A DNA stretch of 64,000 bases from a plasmid. The translations under genes were made by a program, and so were the position numbers. How positions within the stretch are numbered: position 1 is the stretch's first letter; each line of letters starts with the position of its first letter. The stretch lies in sequence record NZ_CP041047.1; one strand, 5' to 3'. A model generated the notes under the pieces. The model ran no database searches. It was given only the letters and a program-made list of their open reading frames with translations, and had not been told where the DNA came from. This document shows, in pieces, positions 10,801 to 20,399 of the stretch.

Positions 10801-11257
10801 TCCAGCGCATGGGCGATTTCATGGTGTCGTACAGTGTGGCGAGAGTGAAAAGGGGATCAAGTGACCCGTATTCCGTCATTGAAGGAACAGAGAAGGCTTG
10901 TTCCATTTTTTCAGTAGTGGCATATCCAACTGTCGAAATAAGGGAAGCCGCAGCTGCAAGGCCAGCAGGTACGTTGTCTACGGCTTTGAAACGGCCAGTA
11001 GTTACGTCCTCGATATTGACGCGCATTGAGACACTGAAAAAGATAAAATACATCACTATAGCGATACCCATTTGCCCAAGTGATAATGTTTTACCTGCCG
11101 TGATTGCGGCTGCGATAACCACTCCGATGACGCCAATTAACGCAGCTATTTTGAATAATGAGGCGTAAGTACCGTCATTAAACAACATAGCAACCGCATT
11201 AAAAATATTGTAGATAAATTCAATGTTACCTACGGTATATACGTTCCATTCACTCAT
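7814..11257 (-). CDS. traG: TraG/TrhG F-type mating-pair stabilisation / entry-exclusion target protein
   Basis: 1147 aa. Polytopic N-terminal domain (MSEWNVYTVGNIEF...), Gly/Ser/Ala-rich periplasmic C-terminal region. Immediately downstream of traH. Confidence 0.75.
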   Translation of the reverse strand: MSEWNVYTVGNIEFIYNIFNAVAMLFNDGTYASLFKIAALIGVIGVVIAAAITAGKTLSLGQMGIAIVMYFIFFSVSMRVNIEDVTTGRFKAVDNVPAGLAAAASLISTVGYATTEKMEQAFSVPSMTEYGSLDPLFTLATLYDTMKSPMRWTGETEGYGDLDGSISNYVKNCVGNDIIRGSKTFASMYRSNQGVSGLASNDSFQRVVIYDNVRSGWSTATDESAKGGSLYTCADAYTKLKGLATLNSAALDASFARSYAAAGRTCGGATCSGSGKTQEVLNFFNIMGTDIRDFQLMMVMYPSFREMPMYGLESSFRGTAAVTRAQTMTQQAFQWSSSGSSFLSWMGSFMPIFQGIIYALAPFMAFLFGLGIMGIRLVMKYFLVIFWTWTWLPLAAVVNMYVLNSIRDASSQILVSSGSGGLSFAQLYQLLFETQKSIGLAGNLYGMIPALGGFIVWGSSVAFNSLANSAAAPSAADTKTLSPDVTNAPPINTRGSEAEFNPTQGTIMGGSSGTLPNIDMKQVATHNLSSAKQELDAASSSLTAQSGAMISQVASNMNSGGHSQVYSDASNAAFASLSSSDRAYVSSVAKEQGISDMQALVSIAKSDASVGGGFGSPSGGVGVKGGMSRSEAESSGLSNDNSAKYGSTDSATSHKVDSATQSRIVNTAASAMYQSLSQEGESSQSTRSFAEANQRMQSAQKNFQEANLFASSTSMGQTMNAAQLATAIGRNHDAQATLTQTLAAHPELSSKIAGDAASLTSLGMTHEDAHTFAQFKAASELGLAGAVAAKAGFINADSSPALTTTASEQYRGVSGGAESAGGRAVAGAADVSNSVNAVTGRSYGALGDAHASSSDGYGQGQVNTVGGQNSGAVDQIHKGNQGEVMTKAGNTAANDFENNHYNLGGITGDFNKLVSHVSNAFKESPVYEQVHNQAKSIAGEIPLGGDANREAARDSIVNYYAMTKAGASEQQLTQARSDMMARIQLATGGENNNGTVSGGNTSLARGIAARIDNAGLDRSANDGSIIQQATTALNTDRQTHEYNTGGMANNLGGMHQASNGGSSVGDGVPYAMGTHNQGYGEAETMTVNAHGAGGHSDSNNGGTMFSDPPPARTTQSHQEYVPVHPRHKEGKGGHSGGNDDMIISSKK

Positions 11258-11271
11258 GTTTAAATGCCCTC

Positions 11272-12711
11272 TTAGAGCGAGCCGTTAAAAGAGGCTTCAG
11301 ACTCATAATGAGTCTGGGGAAGGGTTTTCATATAACTATTGAATGACTCGGGTATACGGGCTTCCCCACCGTATCGGGCGATCATCGCACTATACGAAAC
11401 GTAAAGGTTTTGCCGTGCCTTCTCAATTAATTCAGCAGCATCTTTATAATAAATGGATGCGGATTTATCATTCTGCTGCATAAATCTAGCACCAGTGGCA
11501 GCTGCTGTAAGCATGTCGCTTAAATAGTTGTAAGCCGCTGAATAAGCAATTATTGGTGATAGCTCACGGACATACGAATACGATGCGCTTAAATCATGCC
11601 TGGCTATTTGCGTTGCTTTGCTTGACGCTCCTGTAACGTTGTAATAGTTTGCCTGGCGCAATCTGGCATCACCAGGATTAATACCATCTTTCGCGGCGCT
11701 TAAATATCCATTATCAATGAAGAATAAGGTTATATTGGCTGCAATACCTTTAAGGGCTTTTGTCTGTTTTTTTGGATTCTCACAAGTGGCTGTTTGTCCT
11801 GAGCAAGACCAAAAGTCAAAACTATCGTCACCATTAATGAAAGAGTCCAGAACGTTGCCTGTAGCCAATGGAGCCAGATTAACAACGCTTTGTTTCGCGG
11901 AACCATCCTCAGCAGTACCAACCTCGCTTCCCACAATAATAGTGCCTGTCATGCTCATAATAAGTTCTTTTTGTTCATCTTCAGAACCGGTGAACTGATC
12001 ATTAAAATCACCATTCTGAAGCAAACACCACATGATATTACCGTAATCATTGCATGGTTTACGTTTGCCAGCCTGCTGCTTCTGAATTTCAGGAGCTTTG
12101 CCACCAGCAAAGTTTCCCCACATCGCCCCAAATTGATCAGATAGACCTGTAGTTGACAGCTGGGATGAAACAGCAGCTTTTGCGCCATCACCGAATGCAG
12201 CAGCGGTATCGACCAGAAGTCCTTTGGCAAGCTGGCAAGAGTTCGCCGTTAAGTCATTCATTTGTTGTATGATCGCCTGCATTTTCGATATAGCATTATC
12301 GAGTACGGCATCCATTGCATTTAGTGCCAACTGGAAAGCGAGACCGGCTGCATTGGATGCAATATTTCGTAGCATCTGAACAAATTGTTCGGCATTGATG
12401 AATGAGAATGAACCGCCGAATAAATCAATACCGCCACAACCTCCGGCTGCTGTTGGTAGGCTAATCGTAACAGGTGTTAATGTGCGAAGTTTGTTTCTTA
12501 AAACGAATCCACCGCCTGTATAACCATCCCGTGTGACACTTTGATAATCCCCTGGCGCAGTGACATTGGACATTGAACCAAACATATTATCTAGCTGAGA
12601 GTTAATGCTGGTGGCGAAACTGTTTGCTGAAAATAAAATAGAAAACCCGATAGATAAGGCCATTAATGATTTACGAAAACCACATTTTGGTGTACGAGGT
12701 GAAATAATCAT
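11272..12711 (-). CDS. traH: TraH/TrhH pilus assembly protein
   Basis: 479 aa, signal peptide. Position between traF and traG. Confidence 0.7.
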   Translation of the reverse strand: MIISPRTPKCGFRKSLMALSIGFSILFSANSFATSINSQLDNMFGSMSNVTAPGDYQSVTRDGYTGGGFVLRNKLRTLTPVTISLPTAAGGCGGIDLFGGSFSFINAEQFVQMLRNIASNAAGLAFQLALNAMDAVLDNAISKMQAIIQQMNDLTANSCQLAKGLLVDTAAAFGDGAKAAVSSQLSTTGLSDQFGAMWGNFAGGKAPEIQKQQAGKRKPCNDYGNIMWCLLQNGDFNDQFTGSEDEQKELIMSMTGTIIVGSEVGTAEDGSAKQSVVNLAPLATGNVLDSFINGDDSFDFWSCSGQTATCENPKKQTKALKGIAANITLFFIDNGYLSAAKDGINPGDARLRQANYYNVTGASSKATQIARHDLSASYSYVRELSPIIAYSAAYNYLSDMLTAAATGARFMQQNDKSASIYYKDAAELIEKARQNLYVSYSAMIARYGGEARIPESFNSYMKTLPQTHYESEASFNGSL

Positions 12712-13808
12712 TTTTCCTCCTGGGACGTACCGTTCTGAGCGTCAGCGGTTGAATATCCGGCTTTTGCTTGAATGTACTTGATGAACTCATCAGGGTTTTC
12801 GGTAAATTCTTTAGGCATTTCCTTCAGAATATTGGAATCGATATAACCCGTATCATTGTATGGCAAGGTACTTTTATACTGCTGGTCTGTAATAAGTCCA
12901 GAATCATGAGCGATTAAAATGGTTCTTGAAACAAGCTGGTCAGCTGCAATAGGGCCGAAGGAGACAATTTTAGTTGTTGACGGAGGAATAGCCAAAGCAA
13001 GAGCAGGAACATTAGAAATCTGGAGTTTAGCTGCTTGCCCGGTATCACGTTTCCAGTCAGGCATCATGTTCCCAGGTAATGGTTTCCCATCAATAGAGAT
13101 AGGGATAATTTTAATACCTGTCATGTAATTAAAAGCGGTCATTACAGATGCTTGTTTTGAGCAACTAGAACAATCTTCACCTCGGAAAAAGAAGAAGATC
13201 CCAGCCTTTGTGGCTATATCTTTTACCACTAATGAAGACTTATCTGCGGCAGCATTAGATTGATCCATAGCACCGAATGTAGACGTAGATCTCCGGCTGC
13301 TTTCATCTATAAGCGGGTCGGTAGAAGTAACCAACCTAGCCATATCAGTAAAGCGGCTGGCTTTATCCAGCATAATGCGTTGGGCCAGAAAATACGCTCT
13401 AACGTTTTCTTGAGTAGGATTGTCAATGGCCTGGTTGCGCAGTTTCTGAATGTTTTCATTGAACCAAGCGACGGTGAACGGAGCGGGGCCGGGCTTTTCC
13501 GTTGCGACAGGTTCTGGAGTCGATTCCACAGGTGTTTGAGCAACCTGTTTGGGTGTATCTTGTGGCGGTAAAGTCGGCGGAGGAGGTAGCTTCACTGGTT
13601 TTTTCTTCACTGGCTCAGGTGGCGATTTACGCCAGAACCAACCTTCCTCTTTACCATTCAGAAATGCCTGACCACCAGCGAGGTCGTCACTGGTGGTCTG
13701 AGGGGATTGAGGCGTTATGGTATTACCCTCATCCGCAAGAACAGAGGTAGTAAAAGCAAAACCCACTAGCAGGGGAATAATGCTCTTAGTTAAAAATTGA
13801 TATTTCAT
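12708..13808 (-). CDS. traF: TraF/TrbB-family thioredoxin-fold periplasmic pilus assembly protein
   Basis: Signal peptide, Pro-rich linker, CSSC (CxxC) thioredoxin-like C-terminus. Coupled to traH. Confidence 0.6.
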   Translation of the reverse strand: MKYQFLTKSIIPLLVGFAFTTSVLADEGNTITPQSPQTTSDDLAGGQAFLNGKEEGWFWRKSPPEPVKKKPVKLPPPPTLPPQDTPKQVAQTPVESTPEPVATEKPGPAPFTVAWFNENIQKLRNQAIDNPTQENVRAYFLAQRIMLDKASRFTDMARLVTSTDPLIDESSRRSTSTFGAMDQSNAAADKSSLVVKDIATKAGIFFFFRGEDCSSCSKQASVMTAFNYMTGIKIIPISIDGKPLPGNMMPDWKRDTGQAAKLQISNVPALALAIPPSTTKIVSFGPIAADQLVSRTILIAHDSGLITDQQYKSTLPYNDTGYIDSNILKEMPKEFTENPDEFIKYIQAKAGYSTADAQNGTSQEEK

Positions 13809-14124
13809 CGGAATTACCCTCGGAAATTATTCTTGCGATGGACTCCGTCCAGAAAAAGGTATTTTTTCCACTAAAGACCCTTGCACTTTCAAGCTGGCGA
13901 GTTAATGCATAATGCCGATATCTGACCTGCCCTATACGTTTGGCTACACTATCCGACTTAACGCCAATTTCGGAGCAAGCCTCATCGAGAGTCATGCGTG
14001 TTCCATATTTACGCAACAGCTCATCAGTAACTATGTTCTTAGGGTCGTCGTTAACTAATACCGCAGGGATTTTGTGTGCTGGCATAAGCATTGCCCTGTT
14101 ATGAGAACATTTAAGTGTCTTCAT
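13786..14124 (-). CDS. Hypothetical 112-aa protein at the head of the traF operon, possibly a regulator
   Basis: ORF overlaps the traF start. No recognisable domain. Confidence 0.25.
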   Translation of the reverse strand: MKTLKCSHNRAMLMPAHKIPAVLVNDDPKNIVTDELLRKYGTRMTLDEACSEIGVKSDSVAKRIGQVRYRHYALTRQLESARVFSGKNTFFWTESIARIISEGNSDEISIFN

Positions 14125-14274
14125 AAAACTCCCTTATCATAAATACGGACGGCATTACGATTAGTTTGCCATATGGGTAAAAATAAGAAGTTCAAAAATG
14201 GCAGCGTTTTGACTGTAAAAATCAAAAGTAATTTTCGTGTGCATCCGTTTTGTTTACATGTTTGAAATCAGCAA

Positions 14275-14309
14275 ATACAAAAAAACCCAGTCCGAAGACT
14301 GGGTTTTTC
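14275..14309. terminator. Strong bidirectional terminator closing the 14.3-21.9 kb operon
   Basis: A-run, cccagtcttcggactggg hairpin, T-run. Confidence 0.65.
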
Positions 14310-14339
14310 AGTGTTAGCTAATTAAAAGAATTAGATGCT

Positions 14340-14861
14340 TTAAAGACCAAAGTTATCTTTGAAATGACGTTGGTTTTTCCAGGATGAATTTTCAATCACA
14401 CAGCATTCAAATACTGTATTCAGGTCGTCATCTGGAAATTTAAGGGCATCGTTGCCTATACGAATGATGTTACCGATAAGTTCACGGGCTAGCTGAGAAT
14501 TACGCAAGAAACGAGTAAAGAACTCATTGCTGATATGTTTGCCCAAGTTATAAGCAAATTCAAGCAACGTTGCATCGTTAGCAGTCAGCACCGCACCAGA
14601 TTCAGATGCGAAATAAAAAACATTCTCTTGGCAGCCGAGGTTTTTCATTGCGCGGAGAAACAACATTTCTCCTTCCATATCCATAAGGCGTAGAATTATA
14701 TCAATATCAGATTCATCGTTTACGACAGCACCGACAGCATCATAAAGTACGGCAGCGGGAGCTTGTTCAAACTCATCACGTTCGTAATTCATCAACATAC
14801 GGTTTTGTGCGTTATTAAAGCTATCAATATGATCTGATTTAGCAGTAGTTGAAGTATACAT
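14340..14861 (-). CDS. Hypothetical protein (173 aa), last gene of the AAA/vWA operon
   Basis: ORF with a GGAG-like RBS. No domain recognised. Confidence 0.35.
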   Translation of the reverse strand: MYTSTTAKSDHIDSFNNAQNRMLMNYERDEFEQAPAAVLYDAVGAVVNDESDIDIILRLMDMEGEMLFLRAMKNLGCQENVFYFASESGAVLTANDATLLEFAYNLGKHISNEFFTRFLRNSQLARELIGNIIRIGNDALKFPDDDLNTVFECCVIENSSWKNQRHFKDNFGL

Positions 14862-14882
14862 GAGTGACTCCTTAGAAATTTT

Positions 14883-15272
14883 CTACCAGACAGTTTGTTC
14901 TTTCATGAAGTCAGCCTCATTCGCTATAAAGCGTTTTGCTTCATTCATCGCCGTATCGAAATGTTTATTACCCAACTTGCGTCCGAGATCAGTTATCTGT
15001 TCAACAAGAAGAGCACATTCAGGGTGAGTAAATCGTCCACCACCTTGGCAGTAAGTTAAACGAGTAACCAGCATTGATGCCTTCGACTCATTTTGTGTTA
15101 CATGAAAGATGGTTTTGTGAGTTCCTATCCCTCGTTCGTTCAGAATATTAATGGTTTCCATATCGGCGAGTAGTAATCTTAAGTCCTGCAAATCTCTTTC
15201 AATCGAATGAGTTTGCAATGACATACCGCCTGAGACAAAACCATAGACATCCCCGGTTTCAGAATAAAACAT
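14883..15272 (-). CDS. Hypothetical protein (129 aa)
   Basis: ORF preceded by the conserved AATGAGGTATAT RBS motif. Confidence 0.35.
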   Translation of the reverse strand: MFYSETGDVYGFVSGGMSLQTHSIERDLQDLRLLLADMETINILNERGIGTHKTIFHVTQNESKASMLVTRLTYCQGGGRFTHPECALLVEQITDLGRKLGNKHFDTAMNEAKRFIANEADFMKEQTVW

Positions 15273-15296
15273 ATATACCTCGATAAATTAAATTAA

Positions 15297-15557
15297 TTAG
15301 AAGATACCCGGCTTACACCGTAATAGAGCATTAAAAATCTGCTCGCGAGCCTCAGAAGGATTTACTTGTTTTGCAATCCCTTCAATCCACTCATCAACCG
15401 GTATTCGGGTAAATTGATGGTCTGTATTGCGAATCCTGATTGCAATGACAGCCCAGTGAGCGAGAGCATACTGAACATAATGCTTATCGCCTGGTGCAAC
15501 CTCACCGCGTATTCTGGCGGTGCGGTTGTTATACTCTATCAACGCGCAGCCACTCAT
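15297..15557 (-). CDS. Hypothetical protein (86 aa)
   Basis: ORF in an operon with short spacers. Confidence 0.3.
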   Translation of the reverse strand: MSGCALIEYNNRTARIRGEVAPGDKHYVQYALAHWAVIAIRIRNTDHQFTRIPVDEWIEGIAKQVNPSEAREQIFNALLRCKPGIF

Positions 15558-15584
15558 ACAGACTCCAGTTATTAATTAATATAG

Positions 15585-16068
15585 TTAAAAGACAATTCCA
15601 TCATCAATCGCCGTCAGGCTTTCAATTTTTGGAATATCGATGAAATTAAATCGCCGAACATTTTTCGCCGTAATAATCCGACCGTCATTAAGCTGAAGGG
15701 TCTCACTTTCTTTATCAGAACGTGATGGCCAGGCAGCGATAACTGAGTCTTCAGTGATTACATAATGCCGACTATTTGATGTAAACAAAATGCATGGGAT
15801 ATCCATGAAATGAGACTCCAGACATTCAGTCTTTAAAATATTACCATTCTGTAGTGCCAATCCATACATCATTAATATATGCATTGGCCCCAAACTCAAC
15901 CCCGCGTGGCTGTATTTTATCCAGAATCTCGAACGTCCATCCTTCTTCAGGAGGCCATTGAAAAAGCAATGGTGCTCCATCCAAATATTTTATGGCAAGG
16001 ACGCTATGACGAAGAGGATCGAGGATGCTAGTCTCACCGGGTATTGCTTTAACCCAATAATGAATCAC
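15585..16068 (-). CDS. Hypothetical gene present as two overlapping frames (15585-15980 and 15841-16068). Possible frameshift or two small genes.
   Basis: Two ORFs overlap by 140 nt on the same strand in different frames. Confidence 0.2.
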
Positions 16069-16078
16069 GATGTCACCT

Positions 16079-16582
16079 TTATTGATTTACAAGAGGAATA
16101 AATTGAGTTTGGGTCGTTATATCAGACATGAGTTCATATATCTTGTAGGGCCACCACTTTTTATCCATATCACGTAAGAAATGAACCTCAGTGATATCGG
16201 GACACATTGGATGCCACAGGCTAATAACCATGAGCTCAGATGCCTCAACCTCAATGAACTGATTGATTGAAGTAACCCTGAACTCATTCGTGGCAATAAA
16301 CCCTATTAGATCCTCCAACTGATTAAGCAAAAAACCCGCTTGTCGCTGTTCAGAGGAACTGTCGAAATCATGCTTTAAAATATTCATGTTAGTCTCCAGC
16401 GCGGAACGAAAAAAACGCTGACCGAAGTCAGCGTTTATATTTTTACAGAGGCTTATCCCTAATCGGCTTTGCAGCCTCTTTAGGATAAGTGTGATAAAAC
16501 GCTTTTCTGTACTTTTCGTATCCAATACGTTGGGATGCAACATGTTCCATATTAGTGGGAGCAGTAAAGTGATGACGCGCAA
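16079..16582 (-). CDS. Hypothetical protein. The true start is probably internal, at about 16383 (MNILKHDF...).
   Basis: The listed ORF overlaps the upstream gene by 140 nt. An internal Met gives a tight junction. Confidence 0.3.
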   Translation of the reverse strand: MRVITLLLPLIWNMLHPNVLDTKSTEKRFITLILKRLQSRLGISLCKNINADFGQRFFRSALETNMNILKHDFDSSSEQRQAGFLLNQLEDLIGFIATNEFRVTSINQFIEVEASELMVISLWHPMCPDITEVHFLRDMDKKWWPYKIYELMSDITTQTQFIPLVNQ

Positions 16583-16952
16583 TCAGACTTGCTTGCTTAG
16601 CCAATTCACCAGACCACTCGTGCAGGATTTCCATTCGGGTTTCGAATGGGTCAAGACCTGCTATTTTGCAGCAACTCGTAAATGAACAAAGGTCTTCCTG
16701 ATTTTCTTCCGAACAAATCCAGAGGATTTCATCCACACGCTGCTCGCCAGTACTACGGTATGCAGTCATGATATATATGCTATCCCGAATTATCTCGTAA
16801 GCCATCTTTGATGAAAAACGAAGTTCATAATTATGTTCTGAATCGGCTGATATCAGATCATATTCACTTTCAGTGGCATCGAAAATACTCATGAATGAGA
16901 GTTGATTTTCGTGAACCACTTTAAATTTTGCGGTTGCAGACATAATGATCAC
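16443..16952 (-). CDS. Hypothetical protein (169 aa)
   Basis: ORF preceded by a taaatt...AGGTGATC-type spacer. Confidence 0.35.
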   Translation of the reverse strand: MIIMSATAKFKVVHENQLSFMSIFDATESEYDLISADSEHNYELRFSSKMAYEIIRDSIYIMTAYRSTGEQRVDEILWICSEENQEDLCSFTSCCKIAGLDPFETRMEILHEWSGELAKQASLIARHHFTAPTNMEHVASQRIGYEKYRKAFYHTYPKEAAKPIRDKPL

Positions 16953-17006
16953 CTTTAAAATAAATTAAATTAATTTAGAAAGTTAAAACAGAGATTAAAA
17001 TACAGA

Positions 17007-18920
17007 TTAAGACAGGAGAGCTTTACGGGTTACTTCAAAGAGTTTGTTACGTAAGGCAGAAACAGAACCGACAGAAATACCGGTATCACCAAAAAGACTT
17101 TTCATCATGCTGTCATTGGCATCACCGAAACCGATACCAATAACGATGATGTCATCATCTTTAGCGCTTTGTATCATCGCTCGCGCAGAAGCCATATCAT
17201 CAGGCTGGCCATCAGTTGCAATAACCAATACATGGCGATCCGCTTTAGCTGACGTCAGGTCTGCAAGTGCAGGCCATAACGATTCGCAAAGAGGAGTACA
17301 ACCTTGCGTACCAATTCCAAACTGATGAGTTCCAATAGCTGTCCGTAGAGTTTGCTCCCGTCCTTTTAACAGACCTACGCTATTATGCGCGGCGTGTGGG
17401 AAATGATATGCCGAGGTAGTTACCCCCTGAATACCATCGAGCGCATACAACATTGATACAACAGCGGCTTCAGCCTCTTTAACCGACCGGCTCATTGACC
17501 CGCTAGAGTCCAGCAGGATAGTAAAAGCAGAACTGACATCTACTGCCTTGGACTTATGTTTAAAAAGACGCGTATTTCCCAGCATGGCACTGGTAACCAG
17601 TCGAGAATCAAGCTTACGACCAGTTTCACGATGTGTTCTTCTCACCGCTCTTACACCCTGCAACAACCCATGAAGTGATTGACGTAACCCGGTAGCCATC
17701 TGCACCCCTAAACTTACGGATGCATTACCGGTATCGTGCCGCTTCGCAGGTGCTACTGAATATGGAGTAGGTGAAACGATACGTTGATGCGGGGGTACTT
17801 TGTCTTTGATTAGCTGATTGAGCTTATCTGAAGTGTTCTGTCCTGTACGGCCAAGATCATTCGATGTGGTTCCCTCGAAAGGGTCTTTTCCGTTCTGGGA
17901 CAGGTTACCGACAGAAGATTCACCCTGAGCATTTACGCCCGGATGGGAAGCAGCGGCGTTGCTGTCACTCGAGTTGGAAGCAGGAGCATTACGATTAGCT
18001 GATGTTGACGAAGAATTTTCGTTTTCATCATCGGTATCGTTTTGCCCATGTTCTTTATCTGGTGCGCCACCGGCATTACCATCAGGTTCTGAAGAAGGCT
18101 CATTCTGACCGGCTGGCGATGACGATGAACCGTCATTACCGCCTGCACTATCATTCTGGCCATCCCCATTTTTGTCAGAACTGTCGGATGACTGGGCCGG
18201 GTCTGACGAACTGTCATCACCTTTGCTGTCATCAGAATCAGCACCCTGATTATCATCCTGCGGAGGTTCTTCCTGCTCATTAGTTTCGTTAAATGCATCT
18301 ACTGCGAGGTCATATAACCGACATGCAACTTCAAACACCTTTTTAATCGAGGTTGCTTGTACTGCTTCAGCCATAACCATCATAGCTTTGTCATACAGCT
18401 CCAGCCCGAAGATACGTTCAAAGTCCTCACGCGCTTGCTTTGTTGGAATAGTTAAACCGTTGAAGCGGTTCAAACCACAAGTAAGCAGGGTATCCAAAAA
18501 CACCGAAGAAGCTTTATCACAGGATTCCGCTTCCTCACTGAACAAAAAATGATTCAGTGAATTGAGATACTTTAATGTACCTGGATAGCGACAACTCATC
18601 GCACGTTCAATGCGCAAATCTTCGCAAAGGTTGACCAGATGTTTAAGTACCTCAACGTTGTATTTATCCGACTTCATATGCTCTTGCATGAATATCTTGA
18701 GATCACCAAAATCAGTGAAACGGATATGTGCTGCTTCATGTACGGCATACCCTAACAAAGGATTTGCCAACATTTCAGCGTCTTTGAAGAATGGAATGTT
18801 AATAAGAAAACCAGCTCCAGTCTCCGTAGCATATGCTTCATTGCCGCCGACAGAAACATTAAGGCCAATCTGAGAGCTTAATGCACGTGCGACAATAGGA
18901 AGGGAATTATAAATACCCAT
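17007..18920 (-). CDS. CobT-like von Willebrand factor A (vWA) domain protein with a central Asp/Ser-rich disordered region
   Basis: C-terminal vWA with MIDAS DSSGS. Paired with a CobS/MoxR-like AAA gene two genes upstream. Confidence 0.65.
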   Translation of the reverse strand: MGIYNSLPIVARALSSQIGLNVSVGGNEAYATETGAGFLINIPFFKDAEMLANPLLGYAVHEAAHIRFTDFGDLKIFMQEHMKSDKYNVEVLKHLVNLCEDLRIERAMSCRYPGTLKYLNSLNHFLFSEEAESCDKASSVFLDTLLTCGLNRFNGLTIPTKQAREDFERIFGLELYDKAMMVMAEAVQATSIKKVFEVACRLYDLAVDAFNETNEQEEPPQDDNQGADSDDSKGDDSSSDPAQSSDSSDKNGDGQNDSAGGNDGSSSSPAGQNEPSSEPDGNAGGAPDKEHGQNDTDDENENSSSTSANRNAPASNSSDSNAAASHPGVNAQGESSVGNLSQNGKDPFEGTTSNDLGRTGQNTSDKLNQLIKDKVPPHQRIVSPTPYSVAPAKRHDTGNASVSLGVQMATGLRQSLHGLLQGVRAVRRTHRETGRKLDSRLVTSAMLGNTRLFKHKSKAVDVSSAFTILLDSSGSMSRSVKEAEAAVVSMLYALDGIQGVTTSAYHFPHAAHNSVGLLKGREQTLRTAIGTHQFGIGTQGCTPLCESLWPALADLTSAKADRHVLVIATDGQPDDMASARAMIQSAKDDDIIVIGIGFGDANDSMMKSLFGDTGISVGSVSALRNKLFEVTRKALLS

Positions 18921-18961
18921 ATATACCTCACAATAAATTTAAATAGATTAATTAGAAAAAA

Positions 18962-18976
18962 GGCCCAGAGTGGGCC
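18962..18976. terminator. Intra-operon hairpin (ggcccagagtgggcc) flanked by A/T runs, between the 455-aa gene and the vWA gene
   Basis: Read directly. Could be an attenuator or a processing site. Confidence 0.4.
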
Positions 18977-18984
18977 TTTTATTT

Positions 18985-20352
18985 TTAAAACACCATTATT
19001 GTTCCGTCATCATCGTGTGAAGACGAAGTTTCAATTTCCGGCTCTTTTCCATCAATGACTTTTTCAGAATCCAAACCCGAAATAAGAGCAGGGTCTGGCA
19101 GAGAACGGGGTGCAACAGAATCACCGTCCAAAAATGAATCATCATCGACCATAACCGCATCAAACGCAGGAATTACAGCATCATTAACAATTACATGCTC
19201 CTGGGTATCGGACAAGTCGTTAACGTCAGTATCAGCCGACGTATTAACCAGTTCGATTGCCAAAGGCGTATCAGCAGAACCATTGACCTCTACCAGTACA
19301 GATGGGGCTTCAGCGAGTGAATCAACGTTTTGCAATCCGACCGGATCTTCCACTACCACAGCAGATGCAAATGCATCTGTATGCAGAGGAGGTATCGTTT
19401 CCGCCTGAACCTGAGTTGCCGACATGGCCGCTAAAGTAATGGCATCATCATCTTCAATAAGGTTCATTGAAAGTGATGGGTCAATTGCATCGTTACCATC
19501 TGTAGTACTGGCGGATGACAGCAGTTCCACAAACTGTTTTGCATGAATTGGGTCGCGTAAGTTATTGAGGAGAGAGAGAATGTCGTTATAAGGTTTGCCC
19601 GTCACTTTACCGGTTAGCGGAATGTCTTTCATTACCTGATTAACATAGTCGCTAAGAGACTGGACGCTGGGTGCGATGAAAGCCAGGGACGCGAGTTTAT
19701 CGCCGCAGCGGCGTAAAGGATTTAGTGTGTGCTGAGAAAACGCATCAGGGTTCCTGTTTTTAAGGAATCCTTCCACAACATCAGCCACATCCTCATAAAC
19801 TTCATCCGCTAAACTTTTAACTTGCCCAGTTAAACCATCCTGAATGACACTGTTGCCATAAGGAGTGATGTGAATCGCAGTAAAGCCAAATTGTATCTGG
19901 CTATCCATATAAGACAAATCGATAGCAGCATCACGCAAAAGTATAGAGCGATACTTTTCTTCAAAAGAGTTAATCCAGCTATTAAAATCAGCTTTCATAA
20001 ATTCCTTTTTGTAATCGTAAAACTCGCCCTTAAGTACATTCAGTTTACCAATTAAATCATTAACCTTGTCGGCTGGAATTGCATAGCCGCCCATAAATTT
20101 AATACCCGCTTCGAGACAAAAAGCGTGAGCTGAATTCTTTTTGCGGGTAAATGGATTGATGAGTTGTGGGTCAATGATTTTCTTGCTGCCTAATGAAACG
20201 AGCACATCAGGTGGCAAATCAGCACTGTTACCAAGATCTTCTCTTTTCAGCTTACGACGACCACTAATACTGGTGATATCAGAAAGAGAAACGAGAATAA
20301 GTTGTTCCAGAACCTGAGTGGCATTGGATTTGATAGTCATGACATACCTCAT
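18985..20352 (-). CDS. Hypothetical protein. Structured N-terminal domain of about 300 aa plus a long acidic disordered tail. Likely true start is 20340 (MTIKSN...).
   Basis: The listed N-terminus MRYVMT is an RBS-motif artefact. Acidic D/E/S-rich C-terminus. Confidence 0.4.
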   Translation of the reverse strand: MRYVMTIKSNATQVLEQLILVSLSDITSISGRRKLKREDLGNSADLPPDVLVSLGSKKIIDPQLINPFTRKKNSAHAFCLEAGIKFMGGYAIPADKVNDLIGKLNVLKGEFYDYKKEFMKADFNSWINSFEEKYRSILLRDAAIDLSYMDSQIQFGFTAIHITPYGNSVIQDGLTGQVKSLADEVYEDVADVVEGFLKNRNPDAFSQHTLNPLRRCGDKLASLAFIAPSVQSLSDYVNQVMKDIPLTGKVTGKPYNDILSLLNNLRDPIHAKQFVELLSSASTTDGNDAIDPSLSMNLIEDDDAITLAAMSATQVQAETIPPLHTDAFASAVVVEDPVGLQNVDSLAEAPSVLVEVNGSADTPLAIELVNTSADTDVNDLSDTQEHVIVNDAVIPAFDAVMVDDDSFLDGDSVAPRSLPDPALISGLDSEKVIDGKEPEIETSSSHDDDGTIMVF

Positions 20353-20385
20353 TAATTTAAAATTGATTTAAAAAGAATTAAAAAA

Positions 20386-20397
20386 CCCCAAGCGGGG
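20386..20397. terminator. Intra-operon hairpin ccccaagcgggg with a T-run on the minus strand, downstream of the AAA gene
   Basis: Read directly. Confidence 0.4.
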
Positions 20398-20399
20398 CT

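Noticed and set aside
17950-18300. Repetitive GAT/TCA/GGC codon runs, possibly tandem repeats or CRISPR-like
   Set aside because: They encode a low-complexity Asp/Ser/Gly-rich region inside the vWA protein frame. There is no repeat-spacer periodicity.
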